A stretch of 64,000 nt of DNA from Bacteroidales bacterium (GCA_017935575.1 JAGBHI010000091.1:9094-73093), one strand, 5' to 3'. Shown: positions 37,535-48,022, counted from the first letter of the stretch. The notes: a model not told the origin generated them from the sequence alone. Numbers and translations are program-made.

Positions 37535-38473
37535 ATGGAAAGAATTAAATGTTTGATTATAGGCTCAGGTCCTGCCGGATATACTGCAGCCATATATGCA
37601 GGAAGAGCAAATCTTGCTCCTGTAGTTATTGAAGGTATTCAACCAGGAGGTCAGCTTACAACAACAACCGATATCGAAAACTTCCCGGGTTACCCCGAAG
37701 GCATCTCAGGTAACGAAATGATGGACGACTTGAGGAAACAAGCTGAAAGATTTGGAGCTGACATAAGAACAGGAATTGTTACTGCCACTGATTTCTCAAA
37801 TACTCCTTATAAAGTTACCATAGATGGCGAAAATGATATTTTAGCAGATACCATAATTATTGCTACAGGAGCATCTGCAAAATATCTTGGACTTGCAGAT
37901 GAGATTAAATATAAAGGTTTAGGCGTCTCAGCTTGCGCTACTTGCGATGGATTCTTCTATCGTAGAAAGGTTGTTGCAGTTGTTGGTGGCGGAGATACTG
38001 CTTGCGAAGAGGCTACATACCTATCTAAATTGGCAAGTAAAGTTTATATGATTGTTCGCAAAGATTATCTAAGAGCATCTGTTATTATGCAAGAGAGAGT
38101 CAAGAATAATCCTAAAATAGAGATACTTTTCAATACAGAAACAGAAGGCTTGTTTGGCACAGATGCTGTTGAAGGGGCACATCTAATAAGCAACAGAGGA
38201 AAAGAGAATGAAAACAGATTTGACATTGCTATTGATGGATTTTTCCTTGGCATAGGTCATAAACCCAATACCGATGTATTTAAACCTACATTAGAGACTA
38301 ATAATGAAGGTTACATAATTACAAAAAACGGAACAAGCGAAACAAACATACCGGGAGTCTTTGCCGCAGGCGATGTAGCAGACACTCGTTACCGACAGGC
38401 AATTGTAGCTGCAGCAGGTGGTTGTAAAGCTGCTATGGATGCCGAAAAATATATAACCGAAAACAATCTTTAA
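37535..38473 (+). CDS. trxB: Thioredoxin-disulfide reductase
   Basis: GSGPAGYTAAIYA, the redox-active CATCDG, GGGDTACEEA, and GVFAAGDV. Confidence 0.96.
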   Translation: MERIKCLIIGSGPAGYTAAIYAGRANLAPVVIEGIQPGGQLTTTTDIENFPGYPEGISGNEMMDDLRKQAERFGADIRTGIVTATDFSNTPYKVTIDGENDILADTIIIATGASAKYLGLADEIKYKGLGVSACATCDGFFYRRKVVAVVGGGDTACEEATYLSKLASKVYMIVRKDYLRASVIMQERVKNNPKIEILFNTETEGLFGTDAVEGAHLISNRGKENENRFDIAIDGFFLGIGHKPNTDVFKPTLETNNEGYIITKNGTSETNIPGVFAAGDVADTRYRQAIVAAAGGCKAAMDAEKYITENNL

Positions 38474-38485
38474 TATATAGTAACT

Positions 38486-39187
38486 ATGGTGCGACAGACA
38501 CTAATTAAAAATGTTATAAAAGGAGAAATGGCTGAAATCTGGAACCTCTTTACCCAAGAGGAGAAGGAAGAGATGCTTGCTCATTTTGAGGTAAAATCGT
38601 TTAAGAAAAACAGCACCATATACAACGAAGGAGAGACATCAAAGTATTTGATGTGTCTTATACGTGGAAAGATAAAAATCACAAAAGAGGGCGTTGGTGG
38701 AAGATACCAAATTATCAGATTAGTAAGACCTCTTCAATATTTTGGATTTCACGCATATTTTGCAAATATTCCACATACAGGCAATGCAATAACATTTGAA
38801 TCGTCTGTTGTTGCATTTCTTCCGATGGATATACTTGAAAGATACATGTATAAGAACAGTAAGTTATCGCACTTCTTTGTAAAACAAACAGCAAGCGAGT
38901 TACTATATTCCGATAATATGATTGTATCTCTGACTCAAAAACACATAAGGGGCAGATTGGCAGAAGCATTATTTACATTAAAAGATTTTTTTGGTATAAA
39001 TGATGAAGGATACATTGATGCTAAATTTTCAAGAGAAGATCTTGCAAATTTATCAAACATGACAACTTCAAATGCCATACGCACACTCTCAGGGTTCGCA
39101 AAAGAGAACTTAATTGAGGTAAACGGCAGAAATATAAAGATTACAGACGAAGACAAATTATCAAAAATAAGTAAATTCGGGTGGTAA
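38486..39187 (+). CDS. Crp/Fnr-family transcriptional regulator
   Basis: N-terminal cNMP-binding-like beta roll and a C-terminal HTH (REDLANLSNMTTSNAIRTLSGF). Confidence 0.85.
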   Translation: MVRQTLIKNVIKGEMAEIWNLFTQEEKEEMLAHFEVKSFKKNSTIYNEGETSKYLMCLIRGKIKITKEGVGGRYQIIRLVRPLQYFGFHAYFANIPHTGNAITFESSVVAFLPMDILERYMYKNSKLSHFFVKQTASELLYSDNMIVSLTQKHIRGRLAEALFTLKDFFGINDEGYIDAKFSREDLANLSNMTTSNAIRTLSGFAKENLIEVNGRNIKITDEDKLSKISKFGW

Positions 39188-39193
39188 CATATT

Positions 39194-41116
39194 ATGAAAA
39201 GGATAGCAAAAATATACTCTCCAATAAAATTCTTAACAACAGTTATTGTTAATATATTGACGGCATATGTTATATTTGGAATATGTCGTTTGGTATTTTA
39301 TTTATCCAATATTGAATACTTTCCCAATATTGGGTTTCAAGAAGTTCTTCAAATATTAAAAGGCGGATTAGTTTTTGACACTGCAGGTATTATATATGTA
39401 AACATCTTATATATAGCATTAATGCTAATACCTTTACCCTGGAGAGAAACTCTTAAATGGCAAAATATTTGCAAATGGATTTTTGTTGTTACAAACTCAA
39501 TTGTGATAATTGTAAATTTTATTGATACCGTATATTTCCAATATACAAATCGCAGGAGTACTGCTTCTGTATTTTCGGAATTTAAAGGAGAAGATAATCT
39601 ATTAAAAGTTTTTGGTACAGAGATAGTTCAAAACTGGTTATTAGTTATTATTGCTATAGCATTAATATATACAATATATAAATTATATCTAAACCCTATT
39701 AGAGAGAAGAGCAACAAAAAGAAGAAACATTCAGTAAAATATATTATTGCATATTACACTTCATCGTTACTTATTTTTGTACTAACAATTCCTTTGTGTA
39801 TAGCAGGAATAAGAGGAGGGTTTGCTCATTCAACACGCCCAATAACAATAGGCAATGCCAATCAATATGTAAACAGACCTATTGAAACAGCTATTGTATT
39901 AAACACACCTTTTTCTATAATAAGAACCATAGGAAAGAAAGTGTATGAAAATCCTAATTATTTTAACAAGGAAGAGTTGAATAAAATATATACACCCATA
40001 CACTCTTCAACAGATAAAAATTTCAACAAACTAAATGTTGTAGTTATAATTCTTGAAAGTTTCGGGCAAGAATACGTTGAATATGGATATGCTCCATTTC
40101 TAACATCATTACAAGAAAAAGGACTATATTTTAAAAATGCTTTCAGCAATGGAAGGAAATCAATTGACGGAATGCCCTCAGTTCTTAGTAGCATACCAAT
40201 GTTTATTGAGCCATATTTTACAACACACTACGCAAACAATAATATATCAAGTATTGCCAACGAGCTGAACAAGCAAGGATATCACTCCGCATTTTTTCAT
40301 GGAGCGCCTAATGGCAGCATGGGATTTCTGGCATTTGCCAAAGCTACCGGGTGGAAAGAGTATTACGGAATGGACGAATATGCAAATAGCGCAGATTTTG
40401 ATGGTATGTGGGCAATATGGGACGAACCTTTTATGCAATTCTTTGCCGATAAATTATCAACTTTCAAAGAACCTTTTGTAGCTTCAATATTTACAGCATC
40501 TTCGCATCACCCATATAAAATACCTAAAGAGTATGAAGCCATTTATACCGAAGAGGGAGACCCTATACACAAATGTATCAGATACACTGATAATGCATTA
40601 AAAAAATTCTTTGAAAAAGCACAAAAAGAGGAGTGGTTTAAGAATACACTATTTGTTATTACAGCCGATCACACAAATGCATCATCTCATCAAGAGTATA
40701 TGACTGATACCGGAATTTTCAGAGTTCCAATAATCTTCCTATTCCCAAATAACGAATATAATGAATGTAGCAGTAAAGTGGCTCAACAGATTGATATAAT
40801 GCCTACAATTCTCAACTATTTAAACTACCCTACTCCTTATATAGCTTTTGGAAAGAATTTATTAGACAGCAACCCAAATAACAATTGGGTTATAAATTAC
40901 AATAATGGATTTTATCAATACTTTGAAGGAGATTATCTTCTTCAATTTGATGGAGAAAAGCCTTTTGCACTATACAACTACAATAGCGATAATCTATTAA
41001 AGGAGAACGTGCTGAACGAAATATCGGAACAAGACAATATGCTCAATAGATGCAAAGCTATTATTCAAGAGTATATTGAAAGAATGATTAATGACAATCT
41101 GATTATAAACAAATAG
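39194..41116 (+). CDS. LTA-synthase-family (sulfatase-fold) membrane phosphotransferase
   Basis: Five N-terminal TM helices plus an extracytoplasmic sulfatase/alkaline-phosphatase-like domain (VVVIILESFG..., FHGAPNGSMGF, ITADHT). It starts 6 nt after the Crp-family gene. Confidence 0.85.
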   Translation: MKRIAKIYSPIKFLTTVIVNILTAYVIFGICRLVFYLSNIEYFPNIGFQEVLQILKGGLVFDTAGIIYVNILYIALMLIPLPWRETLKWQNICKWIFVVTNSIVIIVNFIDTVYFQYTNRRSTASVFSEFKGEDNLLKVFGTEIVQNWLLVIIAIALIYTIYKLYLNPIREKSNKKKKHSVKYIIAYYTSSLLIFVLTIPLCIAGIRGGFAHSTRPITIGNANQYVNRPIETAIVLNTPFSIIRTIGKKVYENPNYFNKEELNKIYTPIHSSTDKNFNKLNVVVIILESFGQEYVEYGYAPFLTSLQEKGLYFKNAFSNGRKSIDGMPSVLSSIPMFIEPYFTTHYANNNISSIANELNKQGYHSAFFHGAPNGSMGFLAFAKATGWKEYYGMDEYANSADFDGMWAIWDEPFMQFFADKLSTFKEPFVASIFTASSHHPYKIPKEYEAIYTEEGDPIHKCIRYTDNALKKFFEKAQKEEWFKNTLFVITADHTNASSHQEYMTDTGIFRVPIIFLFPNNEYNECSSKVAQQIDIMPTILNYLNYPTPYIAFGKNLLDSNPNNNWVINYNNGFYQYFEGDYLLQFDGEKPFALYNYNSDNLLKENVLNEISEQDNMLNRCKAIIQEYIERMINDNLIINK

Positions 41117-41139
41117 ATTAAACACTTTATATTTAAAGA

Positions 41140-41177
41140 AATAAGGCAGATAAAACATAAGTTTTACCTGCCTTATT
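41140..41177. terminator. Long hairpin between convergent genes (bidirectional terminator)
   Basis: AATAAGGCAG (41140-41149) / CTGCCTTATT (41168-41177), with an inner TAAAAC/GTTTTA extension. Confidence 0.6.
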
Positions 41178-41195
41178 GATAAATATATTTTATCT

Positions 41196-41576
41196 CTATT
41201 TACGCGTATATTTATCCTTACCTAATGTTAAAATATTTCCTGATACTGAATATTCGTATTCATATGAATCATATTCACCATCTTCATAAACTGTTATTAT
41301 TAAACTATTGCCTTTTATAACATAAGTTCCAGGAGCAATAAAATGCTGATCTAATTCCCCATATTTATATACATATGACTCGTTTGAAAATGCTCCATTA
41401 GAGTTAAAAGTATAAATATCTGTAACATTATATTTTTCATCACTCCAACCTCCGACCCAAGTCCCAATAATACTTGAAGTTATCTCTTCTTCCTTATCGT
41501 CTTTACACGATGTAAAAGTGGCAGTAATCAGAATCAACCCCATTGTTACAAGTAATAGTTTAAAAAATTGTTTCAT
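41196..41576 (-). CDS. Small lipoprotein, lipocalin-like
   Basis: Lipobox ATFTSC. The IIGTWVG...Y.F..NG.F... GTY.IKGN.L pattern is typical of lipocalin-like small lipoproteins of Bacteroidota. Confidence 0.65.
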   Translation of the reverse strand: MKQFFKLLLVTMGLILITATFTSCKDDKEEEITSSIIGTWVGGWSDEKYNVTDIYTFNSNGAFSNESYVYKYGELDQHFIAPGTYVIKGNSLIITVYEDGEYDSYEYEYSVSGNILTLGKDKYTRK

Positions 41577-41612
41577 AATAATTTTTGTTAAGTTATTAAT
41601 AAATTACAAGTG

Positions 41613-41620
41613 CAAAGATA
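41613..41620 (-). promoter_or_regulatory. Candidate -7 box (TATCTTTG on the minus strand) for the lipocalin-like gene
   Basis: Plus-strand caaagata, 37 nt upstream of ATG 41576. Confidence 0.45.
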
Positions 41621-41683
41621 TATTCTGGGAATTTATAATATTAGAATCGTTTGTAGGATAAAATACAATATAAGTGTATAATA

Positions 41684-41920
41684 TTATTCTACATTGCAAT
41701 CAATATCGTTGAGTTCTTTATCTGTTTCAGAATATAAATATGAAAAGAAATTATGATTAAGGATTATTGATATTCTATACAACAATTCTGTATCAATACT
41801 TTTACGCTTGAATATATCATAAATATTTGTTCTATCGCAATACAAATTACGAGCTAACCACGACACAGATCTTTGTTTTTTCTTTAACTCGTTTTTTATT
41901 GCATTACCTATATGTTCCAT
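41684..41920 (-). CDS. Small HTH protein (XRE-like)
   Basis: ORF 41684-42061. The first 47 codons are Cys/Phe/Ser-rich and atypical. From ATG 41918-41920 the protein reads MEHIGNAIKNELKKKQRSVSWLARNLYCDRTNIYDIFKRKSID... (HTH), 78 aa. Confidence 0.55.
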   Translation of the reverse strand: MEHIGNAIKNELKKKQRSVSWLARNLYCDRTNIYDIFKRKSIDTELLYRISIILNHNFFSYLYSETDKELNDIDCNVE

Positions 41921-42190
41921 ATTACAGATTAAACGCGAACGGCTCTTATTTTCTGCAACCGAGGTATTGGACGACCTACAAAAGAAGAAAAAAGAACGCT
42001 CGCGTTTATACATACAACACGAGTACCAACTTTTTTCCTTCTTTTGCGTGAAAGTGTCCAATTTTCAGTTGCCGAAGAAAAGCCGATACGCTTCAGATTA
42101 TTTTTGTTTGTTTATATATTATCTATACTTAATATTTATTTTAAATAAATTATATTTATAAATTAATTACATTTTAGGTATTAAATTTCA

Positions 42191-42979
42191 TTATGTAAAT
42201 TGCTTACGATGAAAGATAAAGTTGCGTCCCAAATATTTTTCTCTTACGATAGGGTCTGCTGCTAACTCCTCAGATGTTCCTTGAAACAAAATCTTTCCTT
42301 CAAATAGCAGATATGCCCTATCTGTAATACTTAAAGTTTCAGGAGCATTGTGGTCAGTTATAAGAATACCAATATTTTTCTCCTTTAGTTTATATACTAT
42401 ATACTGTATATCCTCAACAGCTATAGGGTCAACACCGGCAAAGGGTTCATCTAACATTATAAATTTAGGGCCTATAGCCAAACAGCGAGCAATTTCGGTT
42501 CTGCGTCTTTCTCCTCCGGATAATTGGTCTCCCAAATTTTTACGAACCTTCTCAAGACGAAATTCTGCAATCAATTCCTCCAACTTTTGATGTTGTTTTG
42601 CTTTATCCGGCTCAGCAATCTGCAATATAGAATAGATATTATCTTCAACACTCATCTTACGGAAAACAGATGCTTCTTGTGCTAAATAGCCTATTCCATG
42701 TTGAGCTCGTTTATAAACAGGGAACTTTGTTATTTCAAGGTCGTTCAAGAAAATTTTTCCTTCATTTGGTGTTACCAAGCCTGTAGTCATATAAAAGGTA
42801 GTTGTTTTCCCTGCTCCATTGGGACCTAACAATCCTACAATTTCTCCTTGTTTTACATTTATTGAAACATGATTGGCAACTATACGTTGTCCGTATTTTT
42901 TTACTAAACCTTCAGTTCGTAGCACCATCATCTCTTCTTGAGGCGCTGTTTGTTGTATATTACTATCTGTTTGAGACAT
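42191..42979 (-). CDS. lptB: LPS export ABC transporter ATP-binding protein LptB
   Basis: Walker [10 protein letters not shown], signature LSGGERRR, Walker B IMLDEP. The ORF-track start 43012 is TTG, so ATG 42977-42979 (MSQTD) is preferred. Confidence 0.9.
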   Translation of the reverse strand: MSQTDSNIQQTAPQEEMMVLRTEGLVKKYGQRIVANHVSINVKQGEIVGLLGPNGAGKTTTFYMTTGLVTPNEGKIFLNDLEITKFPVYKRAQHGIGYLAQEASVFRKMSVEDNIYSILQIAEPDKAKQHQKLEELIAEFRLEKVRKNLGDQLSGGERRRTEIARCLAIGPKFIMLDEPFAGVDPIAVEDIQYIVYKLKEKNIGILITDHNAPETLSITDRAYLLFEGKILFQGTSEELAADPIVREKYLGRNFIFHRKQFT

Positions 42980-43123
42980 ATTATTTATTTTATCTTTTGC
43001 GAAATTAAACAAAATATGAATTATACGAAACAGAATTAATAGATTTATTTAAAAAAGAGTCTCCAAAATACGAACAAAAGCCTGCTTTTATCCTTTATGA
43101 TTTAGAAGTTTCAATATTTTTAC

Positions 43124-43131
43124 TAATTTTG
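43124..43131 (+). promoter_or_regulatory. Candidate -7 box (TAATTTTG) for mlaEF
   Basis: 63 nt upstream of ATG 43194. Confidence 0.35.
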
Positions 43132-43193
43132 CTGTAGCTATTCTAACAAAAGAATCTTAATATTTACAATATTATTGCATATATAATAGCATA

Positions 43194-43955
43194 ATGAAAC
43201 TTATTAAAACTTTTATTTTTGATAATCTCGCTAAATTTGGCAGATATATCATGTTGTTGGGGAAAGTGTTTACACGCCCTGACAAATGGAGTGTTTTTTT
43301 TAAAAGATATATAGATGAAGTTTATAAACTTGGTTTTGATTCAATTGCGATAGTATTCACCATATCTATATTTATAGGCGCTGTTATTGCTATTCAAACT
43401 CAAAAAAACATTACATCTCCTTTTATTCCTTCATATACAATTGGAATGTTAACCAGAGAGACCATATTATTGGAATTCTCATCAACCATTATGGCACTTA
43501 TATTAGCAGGTAAAGTAGGATCAAGTATCTCTTCTGAAATAGGCACAATGAGGGTTACAGAACAAATTGATGCTTTGGAGATTATGGGAGTTAATTCGGC
43601 AAACTTCTTAATATTACCTAAAATAACTGCATTGGTTACATTTATCCCCGTTTTGGTTACCATTAGTATGGTTATGGGATTGTTGGGAGGATTTTTTGTT
43701 GGAGAGTTTACCGACATGTTCCCCTCTTCTAAATATATATATGGTTTGCAATCATATTTTCAAGAATTTTATGTTTGGTACTCAATTATAAAATCGTTAT
43801 TCTTTGCTTTTGTAATATCAACAGTTGCTTCGTTTTATGGCTATACCGTTAAAGGTGGAGCGACAGAAGTTGGTAAAGCCAGTACCGATGCTGTTGTAGT
43901 AAGTAGTGTTACTATCTTATTATTAGATGTTCTTCTAACAAAAATTTTATTGTAA
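43194..43955 (+). CDS. mlaE: MlaE-family ABC transporter permease
   Basis: About 250 aa polytopic. The RETILLEFSSTIMALILAGKVGSSISSEIGTMRVTEQIDALE motif is characteristic of MlaE/Ttg2B. Confidence 0.9.
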   Translation: MKLIKTFIFDNLAKFGRYIMLLGKVFTRPDKWSVFFKRYIDEVYKLGFDSIAIVFTISIFIGAVIAIQTQKNITSPFIPSYTIGMLTRETILLEFSSTIMALILAGKVGSSISSEIGTMRVTEQIDALEIMGVNSANFLILPKITALVTFIPVLVTISMVMGLLGGFFVGEFTDMFPSSKYIYGLQSYFQEFYVWYSIIKSLFFAFVISTVASFYGYTVKGGATEVGKASTDAVVVSSVTILLLDVLLTKILL

Positions 43956-44719
43956 TGATTGAGGCTAAAAATATTATAAAATCGTTTGAAGGAAAAGTTA
44001 TTCTTCACAATATATCTGCAAAATTTTATGCAGGAAAAACTAATCTAATTATAGGACAGAGCGGTTCAGGTAAAACCGTTCTTATGAAATCGTTGGTTGG
44101 CTTATTACGCCCCGATAGTGGCGAGATTTTATATGATGGCAGAGATTTTCTAAAATATAACTCATCAGACATAAAAGATTTAAGAACTGAAATTGGAATG
44201 TTATTTCAAGGTTCAGCATTGTTTGACTCAATGACAGTATTGGAGAATGTTATGTTCCCATTACTAATGTTTACCAAACAATCTTATGCCGAGCGTAAAA
44301 AACGTGCCGAATTTTGTTTGGAGAGGGTTAATCTGAAAGGTGCTGACAAACTTTTGCCTGCAGAGTTGAGTGGAGGAATGCAAAAACGTGCTGCCATTGC
44401 AAGAGCCATAGCCTTAAACCCCAAATATCTGTTTTGCGACGAGCCAAACTCGGGAATAGACCCAAAAACATCATTGGTAATTGACAAACTTATTCATGAC
44501 ATTACACATGAATATAACATTACTACCATTATAAATACCCACGATATGAACTCGGTTATGGGTATTGGAGAAAATATTATTTTCTTGAACAGAGGTCATT
44601 TAAGTTGGGAGGGCACAAAAGAGGATATCTTCTCTTCGACCGACGAGGCATTTAACGAATTTGTCTTTGCCTCAGACATAATGAAGGAAGTAAAAGATTA
44701 TGTAAATAGAGGTAGATAG
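43955..44719 (+). CDS. mlaF: MlaF-like ABC transporter ATP-binding protein
   Basis: Walker A GQSGSGKT, signature LSGGMQKR, Walker B LFCDEP. Its start overlaps the mlaE stop by 1 nt. Confidence 0.9.
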   Translation: MIEAKNIIKSFEGKVILHNISAKFYAGKTNLIIGQSGSGKTVLMKSLVGLLRPDSGEILYDGRDFLKYNSSDIKDLRTEIGMLFQGSALFDSMTVLENVMFPLLMFTKQSYAERKKRAEFCLERVNLKGADKLLPAELSGGMQKRAAIARAIALNPKYLFCDEPNSGIDPKTSLVIDKLIHDITHEYNITTIINTHDMNSVMGIGENIIFLNRGHLSWEGTKEDIFSSTDEAFNEFVFASDIMKEVKDYVNRGR

Positions 44720-44813
44720 ATTTATATATCTTATATTCACCATATTACATCAAGCGCGATAAAAATATAGCAAATTATATGCAAAGATTATTTGTAAAAA
44801 AGTAAATTTTCAC

Positions 44814-44821
44814 TATCTTTG
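44814..44821 (+). promoter_or_regulatory. Candidate -7 box (TATCTTTG) with upstream TTTG (44791-44794) for tRNA-Cys
   Basis: The box ends 26 nt before the tRNA 5' end. The -33-like TTTG lies 19 nt upstream of the box. Confidence 0.5.
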
Positions 44822-44847
44822 CACTGCCTTTGAAAAAAGGAATGTTT

Positions 44848-44918
44848 GGTTCCTTGGCCGAGCGGTTAGGCACCGGTCTGCAAAACCGTTTACAGCAGTT
44901 CGAATCTGCTAGGAACCT
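44848..44918 (+). tRNA. tRNA-Cys (anticodon GCA)
   Basis: Acceptor GGTTCCT / AGGAACC, anticodon loop CTGCAAA, T-arm AGCAG-TTCGAAT-CTGCT, discriminator U as expected for tRNA-Cys. No encoded CCA. Confidence 0.9.
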
Positions 44919-44919
44919 C

Positions 44920-44953
44920 AAAAAAAGTTCTGAGAATTCTCAGAACTTTTTTT
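44920..44953. terminator. Bidirectional rho-independent terminator (tRNA-Cys and the convergent TPR gene)
   Basis: AGTTCTGAG (44926-44934) / CTCAGAACT (44939-44947), flanked by an A-run (44920-44925) and a T-run (44948-44953). Confidence 0.8.
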
Positions 44954-44983
44954 GTGTATTATATGAAAATTTCTAATCCCCCC

Positions 44984-45856
44984 TTATCTTTTAGCTCTCT
45001 TTTTTGATTCTCCTTGCAAATCGGCTATAATTTCATCAACCTTTTCTTTAGATGCTCCTAAAGTAACAGCCTTATCAAAATCAGCCATTGCCCTCTCTTT
45101 TTCAAATTGGCTCCACTCTATTTTTGCCCTTAAAACATAAAACAGAGGGTCATTAGCATCTATCTCCATAGCTTTTTTCAAATCCTCACGAGCCTTTAAC
45201 ATTTTTCCTATGTAAAAATATGCCTCTGCCCTACCAAAATAGGCTTCTGCATCTTTATCATTCTGCTTCAATACCTTTGTATATAAATCTACCGCCTCAG
45301 AATAGTAGTTTCTATACTTCATTAATGTAGCAAAACCCATATAGGCACTCCTACTATTGGGATTAGTTTTTAATATATGTTCAAAATCATATCTTGCAGA
45401 AAGAGTATCTCGCTTCTGCAGATAAATAATTCCTCGTTCATAAAGTATATCTTCCTCATCACCATCAAGCGATATAGCTGTAGAATAATCTGTTATAGCC
45501 TTATCTAAACTATCAATTGAAGCATATAAAGAGGCTCTGTTTTTTAATAATGTTACAGAACGGGGCATTATCATCAAGGCATTTGTATAAGATTTCAGTG
45601 CTTTATCGGTTTTACCCATATAACGCTGTACAGTTCCTAAATTTGATAATAAGAGTGCATTTTGAGCATTAGCCGGCTCTAACTCCAGAGCCTTAATCAT
45701 TGACTCTTCGGCACATGCCCAATCTTCGTTATTGATACATTCAAACGATTTTTCAACAAGATTGTTATAATCTTGCGAATACGAAACCGTATTTTGAAAG
45801 ACAAAAACTAATATTAATAGATATATTCTCTTCATAACAGGTGCTAAAATAGCCAT
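44984..45856 (-). CDS. Secreted TPR-repeat protein
   Basis: Signal peptide (probably from MKRIYLLILVFVF at 45835) followed by about 7 TPR repeats. Confidence 0.7.
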   Translation of the reverse strand: MAILAPVMKRIYLLILVFVFQNTVSYSQDYNNLVEKSFECINNEDWACAEESMIKALELEPANAQNALLLSNLGTVQRYMGKTDKALKSYTNALMIMPRSVTLLKNRASLYASIDSLDKAITDYSTAISLDGDEEDILYERGIIYLQKRDTLSARYDFEHILKTNPNSRSAYMGFATLMKYRNYYSEAVDLYTKVLKQNDKDAEAYFGRAEAYFYIGKMLKAREDLKKAMEIDANDPLFYVLRAKIEWSQFEKERAMADFDKAVTLGASKEKVDEIIADLQGESKKRAKR

Positions 45857-46132
45857 TTTAATTGAAGAAAAAAATTATTTATTATTTTTTATGGTTGAAA
45901 AGGTAATTTTTAGAGTAAGTTTTTATATCTTTACAAATTGCAAATTATATACAATAATTTATCGGAAGGTGTTCCGATTATAAAATACTATAACATTGAT
46001 ATATAAGTACTTATATATCATTAATGCAAATATTGCATTTTAAGCAAGTTAAAAGTTCACGTTATTGATTTTTATATTTTACGAATAACTTGCTTACCCG
46101 GAGAGAAAAAAAATAAATAAAAACATATATAA

Positions 46133-47890
46133 ATGATAAGTAAATGGAACTACTTACCTCTTACAGAACAACAACAGCAAATAAAGGAGAGCCTGGCAGA
46201 AGAGCTTGGCATATCTCCCGTTATCTGCGAATTATTGGCTCTCCGGGGGGTAAAAAATGCGGAAGAGGCTCAAAAGTTCTTTTCGCCACAACTATCTGAC
46301 CTTCATGATCCATTCCTTATGGACGGAATGAAAGAAGCGGTAGAAAGACTTAATTATGCCATTGGACAGAAAGAGAGAATATTAGTTTACGGAGATTACG
46401 ACGTTGATGGGACAACAGCAGTAGCTTTGGTATATAAATACCTAAAACCATACTGTTTCAACATTGAATACTATATACCGGACCGTTATGAGGAGGGATA
46501 TGGTATATCTCGTAAAAGCATTGACTATGCTTATGAAAACGGAGTTAAATTAATTATTGCTCTTGATTGTGGAATTAAAGCTATTGATAAAGTTGCCTAT
46601 GCAAAGAGCAAAGGCATAGACTTTATAATATGCGACCATCACGTTCCCGACAACGAATTGCCCAAAGCGGCAGCAATACTTAATCCAAAGCTGGAAAATT
46701 CAAACTATCCATACTCTGAATTGTCAGGTTGTGGCGTAGGATTTAAGTTTATGCAAGGTTTTGCAAAAGACAATGGCATAGACGATTCATCGCTATACCC
46801 ATTGCTCGATTTTGTAGCCTTAAGTATTGCATCGGATATTGTTCCCATAACAGGCGAAAATCGTATTTTGGCTTATCACGGATTAAAAAGGTTAAACGAG
46901 AAGCCAAGCCACGGATTAAAGGGAATAATAAACATCTGTGGTTTACAAAACAAGCAGATAAGCACCTCTGACATTGTATTTAAAATAGGACCACGCATTA
47001 ATGCGTCGGGACGCATGGAACAAGGCAAAGAGGCTGTTGACTTACTCCTATCAAGCGATTTTGAGGGAGCCAAAGAGCGTAGCCGAAATATTAACCAATA
47101 TAACGAAGAGAGAAAAGCCCTTGACAAAACCATTACAGAAGAGGCAAATGAAATTCTCTCAAAAATGGAAGATTTAGATAAATTCAAATCTATTGTAATA
47201 TATAACAGATCGTGGAAACGAGGCATTATAGGTATTGTAGCATCAAGGCTAACAGAGCTACACTATAAACCTGCAGTGGTTCTTGCATACTCAAATGGTA
47301 TTGTTACAGGCTCTGCCCGCTCGGTTCAAGGTTTTGATATATATAAAGCCATTGAGTCTTGTCGCGATTTATTGGAGAGTTTCGGAGGACACACATACGC
47401 AGCCGGACTATCTCTTAAAGAAGAGAGAATACCTGAGTTTGTTGAGCGTTTTGAAGCATACGTCAAAGAGAATATAGAGAAGTGTCAAACCGTTCCTCAA
47501 ATTGATATAGATGTTGAGTTATCATTTAAAGAGATAACCCCCGATTTGCACAAACAGATAATGGATTTGGCTCCATTTGGACCGGGCAATACAAAACCTG
47601 TATTTTTTACTCGAGATGTAAAAGATTATCAAGATAGCAAGTTGGTTGGCAAAGATGGCAAACACATTAAATTAGAGATGATTGATGACAGCTCTGCAAA
47701 TATTCTCAATGGTATTGCATTTGACCAAAAAGAGCATTTTGAACACATAAAGGCAAACAAGCCTTTTGATATTTGCTACACCATTGAAGAGATGAAGTAT
47801 AACAACCCAAAAGGTTATACAACAACTCCCCCTGTTGTAAGAAATCAAATTCAGCTTGCCGTCAAAGATATTATAAGTGAAAATAAGTAG
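46133..47890 (+). CDS. recJ: Single-stranded-DNA-specific exonuclease RecJ
   Basis: DHH motifs (VYGDYDVDGTT, ALDCG, ICDHH), DHHA1 (GGHTYAAG) and a C-terminal OB region. Confidence 0.95.
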   Translation: MISKWNYLPLTEQQQQIKESLAEELGISPVICELLALRGVKNAEEAQKFFSPQLSDLHDPFLMDGMKEAVERLNYAIGQKERILVYGDYDVDGTTAVALVYKYLKPYCFNIEYYIPDRYEEGYGISRKSIDYAYENGVKLIIALDCGIKAIDKVAYAKSKGIDFIICDHHVPDNELPKAAAILNPKLENSNYPYSELSGCGVGFKFMQGFAKDNGIDDSSLYPLLDFVALSIASDIVPITGENRILAYHGLKRLNEKPSHGLKGIINICGLQNKQISTSDIVFKIGPRINASGRMEQGKEAVDLLLSSDFEGAKERSRNINQYNEERKALDKTITEEANEILSKMEDLDKFKSIVIYNRSWKRGIIGIVASRLTELHYKPAVVLAYSNGIVTGSARSVQGFDIYKAIESCRDLLESFGGHTYAAGLSLKEERIPEFVERFEAYVKENIEKCQTVPQIDIDVELSFKEITPDLHKQIMDLAPFGPGNTKPVFFTRDVKDYQDSKLVGKDGKHIKLEMIDDSSANILNGIAFDQKEHFEHIKANKPFDICYTIEEMKYNNPKGYTTTPPVVRNQIQLAVKDIISENK

Positions 47891-47997
47891 TTGTTAGTTG
47901 TCGGTTTCGTAAACTCAACCGCCCTACGGGTAGTTGTTAGCTTTCAGTTATTAGTATTATTAGCCCAATTGGACCAATTAGTTGTATAAGAGAAACA

Positions 47998-48022
47998 GAG
48001 TTGCACTTTAAGAGTGCAACTC
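47998..48022 (+). terminator. Hairpin about 110 nt after recJ (weak terminator candidate or RNA structural element)
   Basis: 9-bp perfect stem GAGTTGCAC / GTGCAACTC with loop TTTAAGA. It is followed by CGTTTAAAC, so no clean T-run. Confidence 0.35.
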
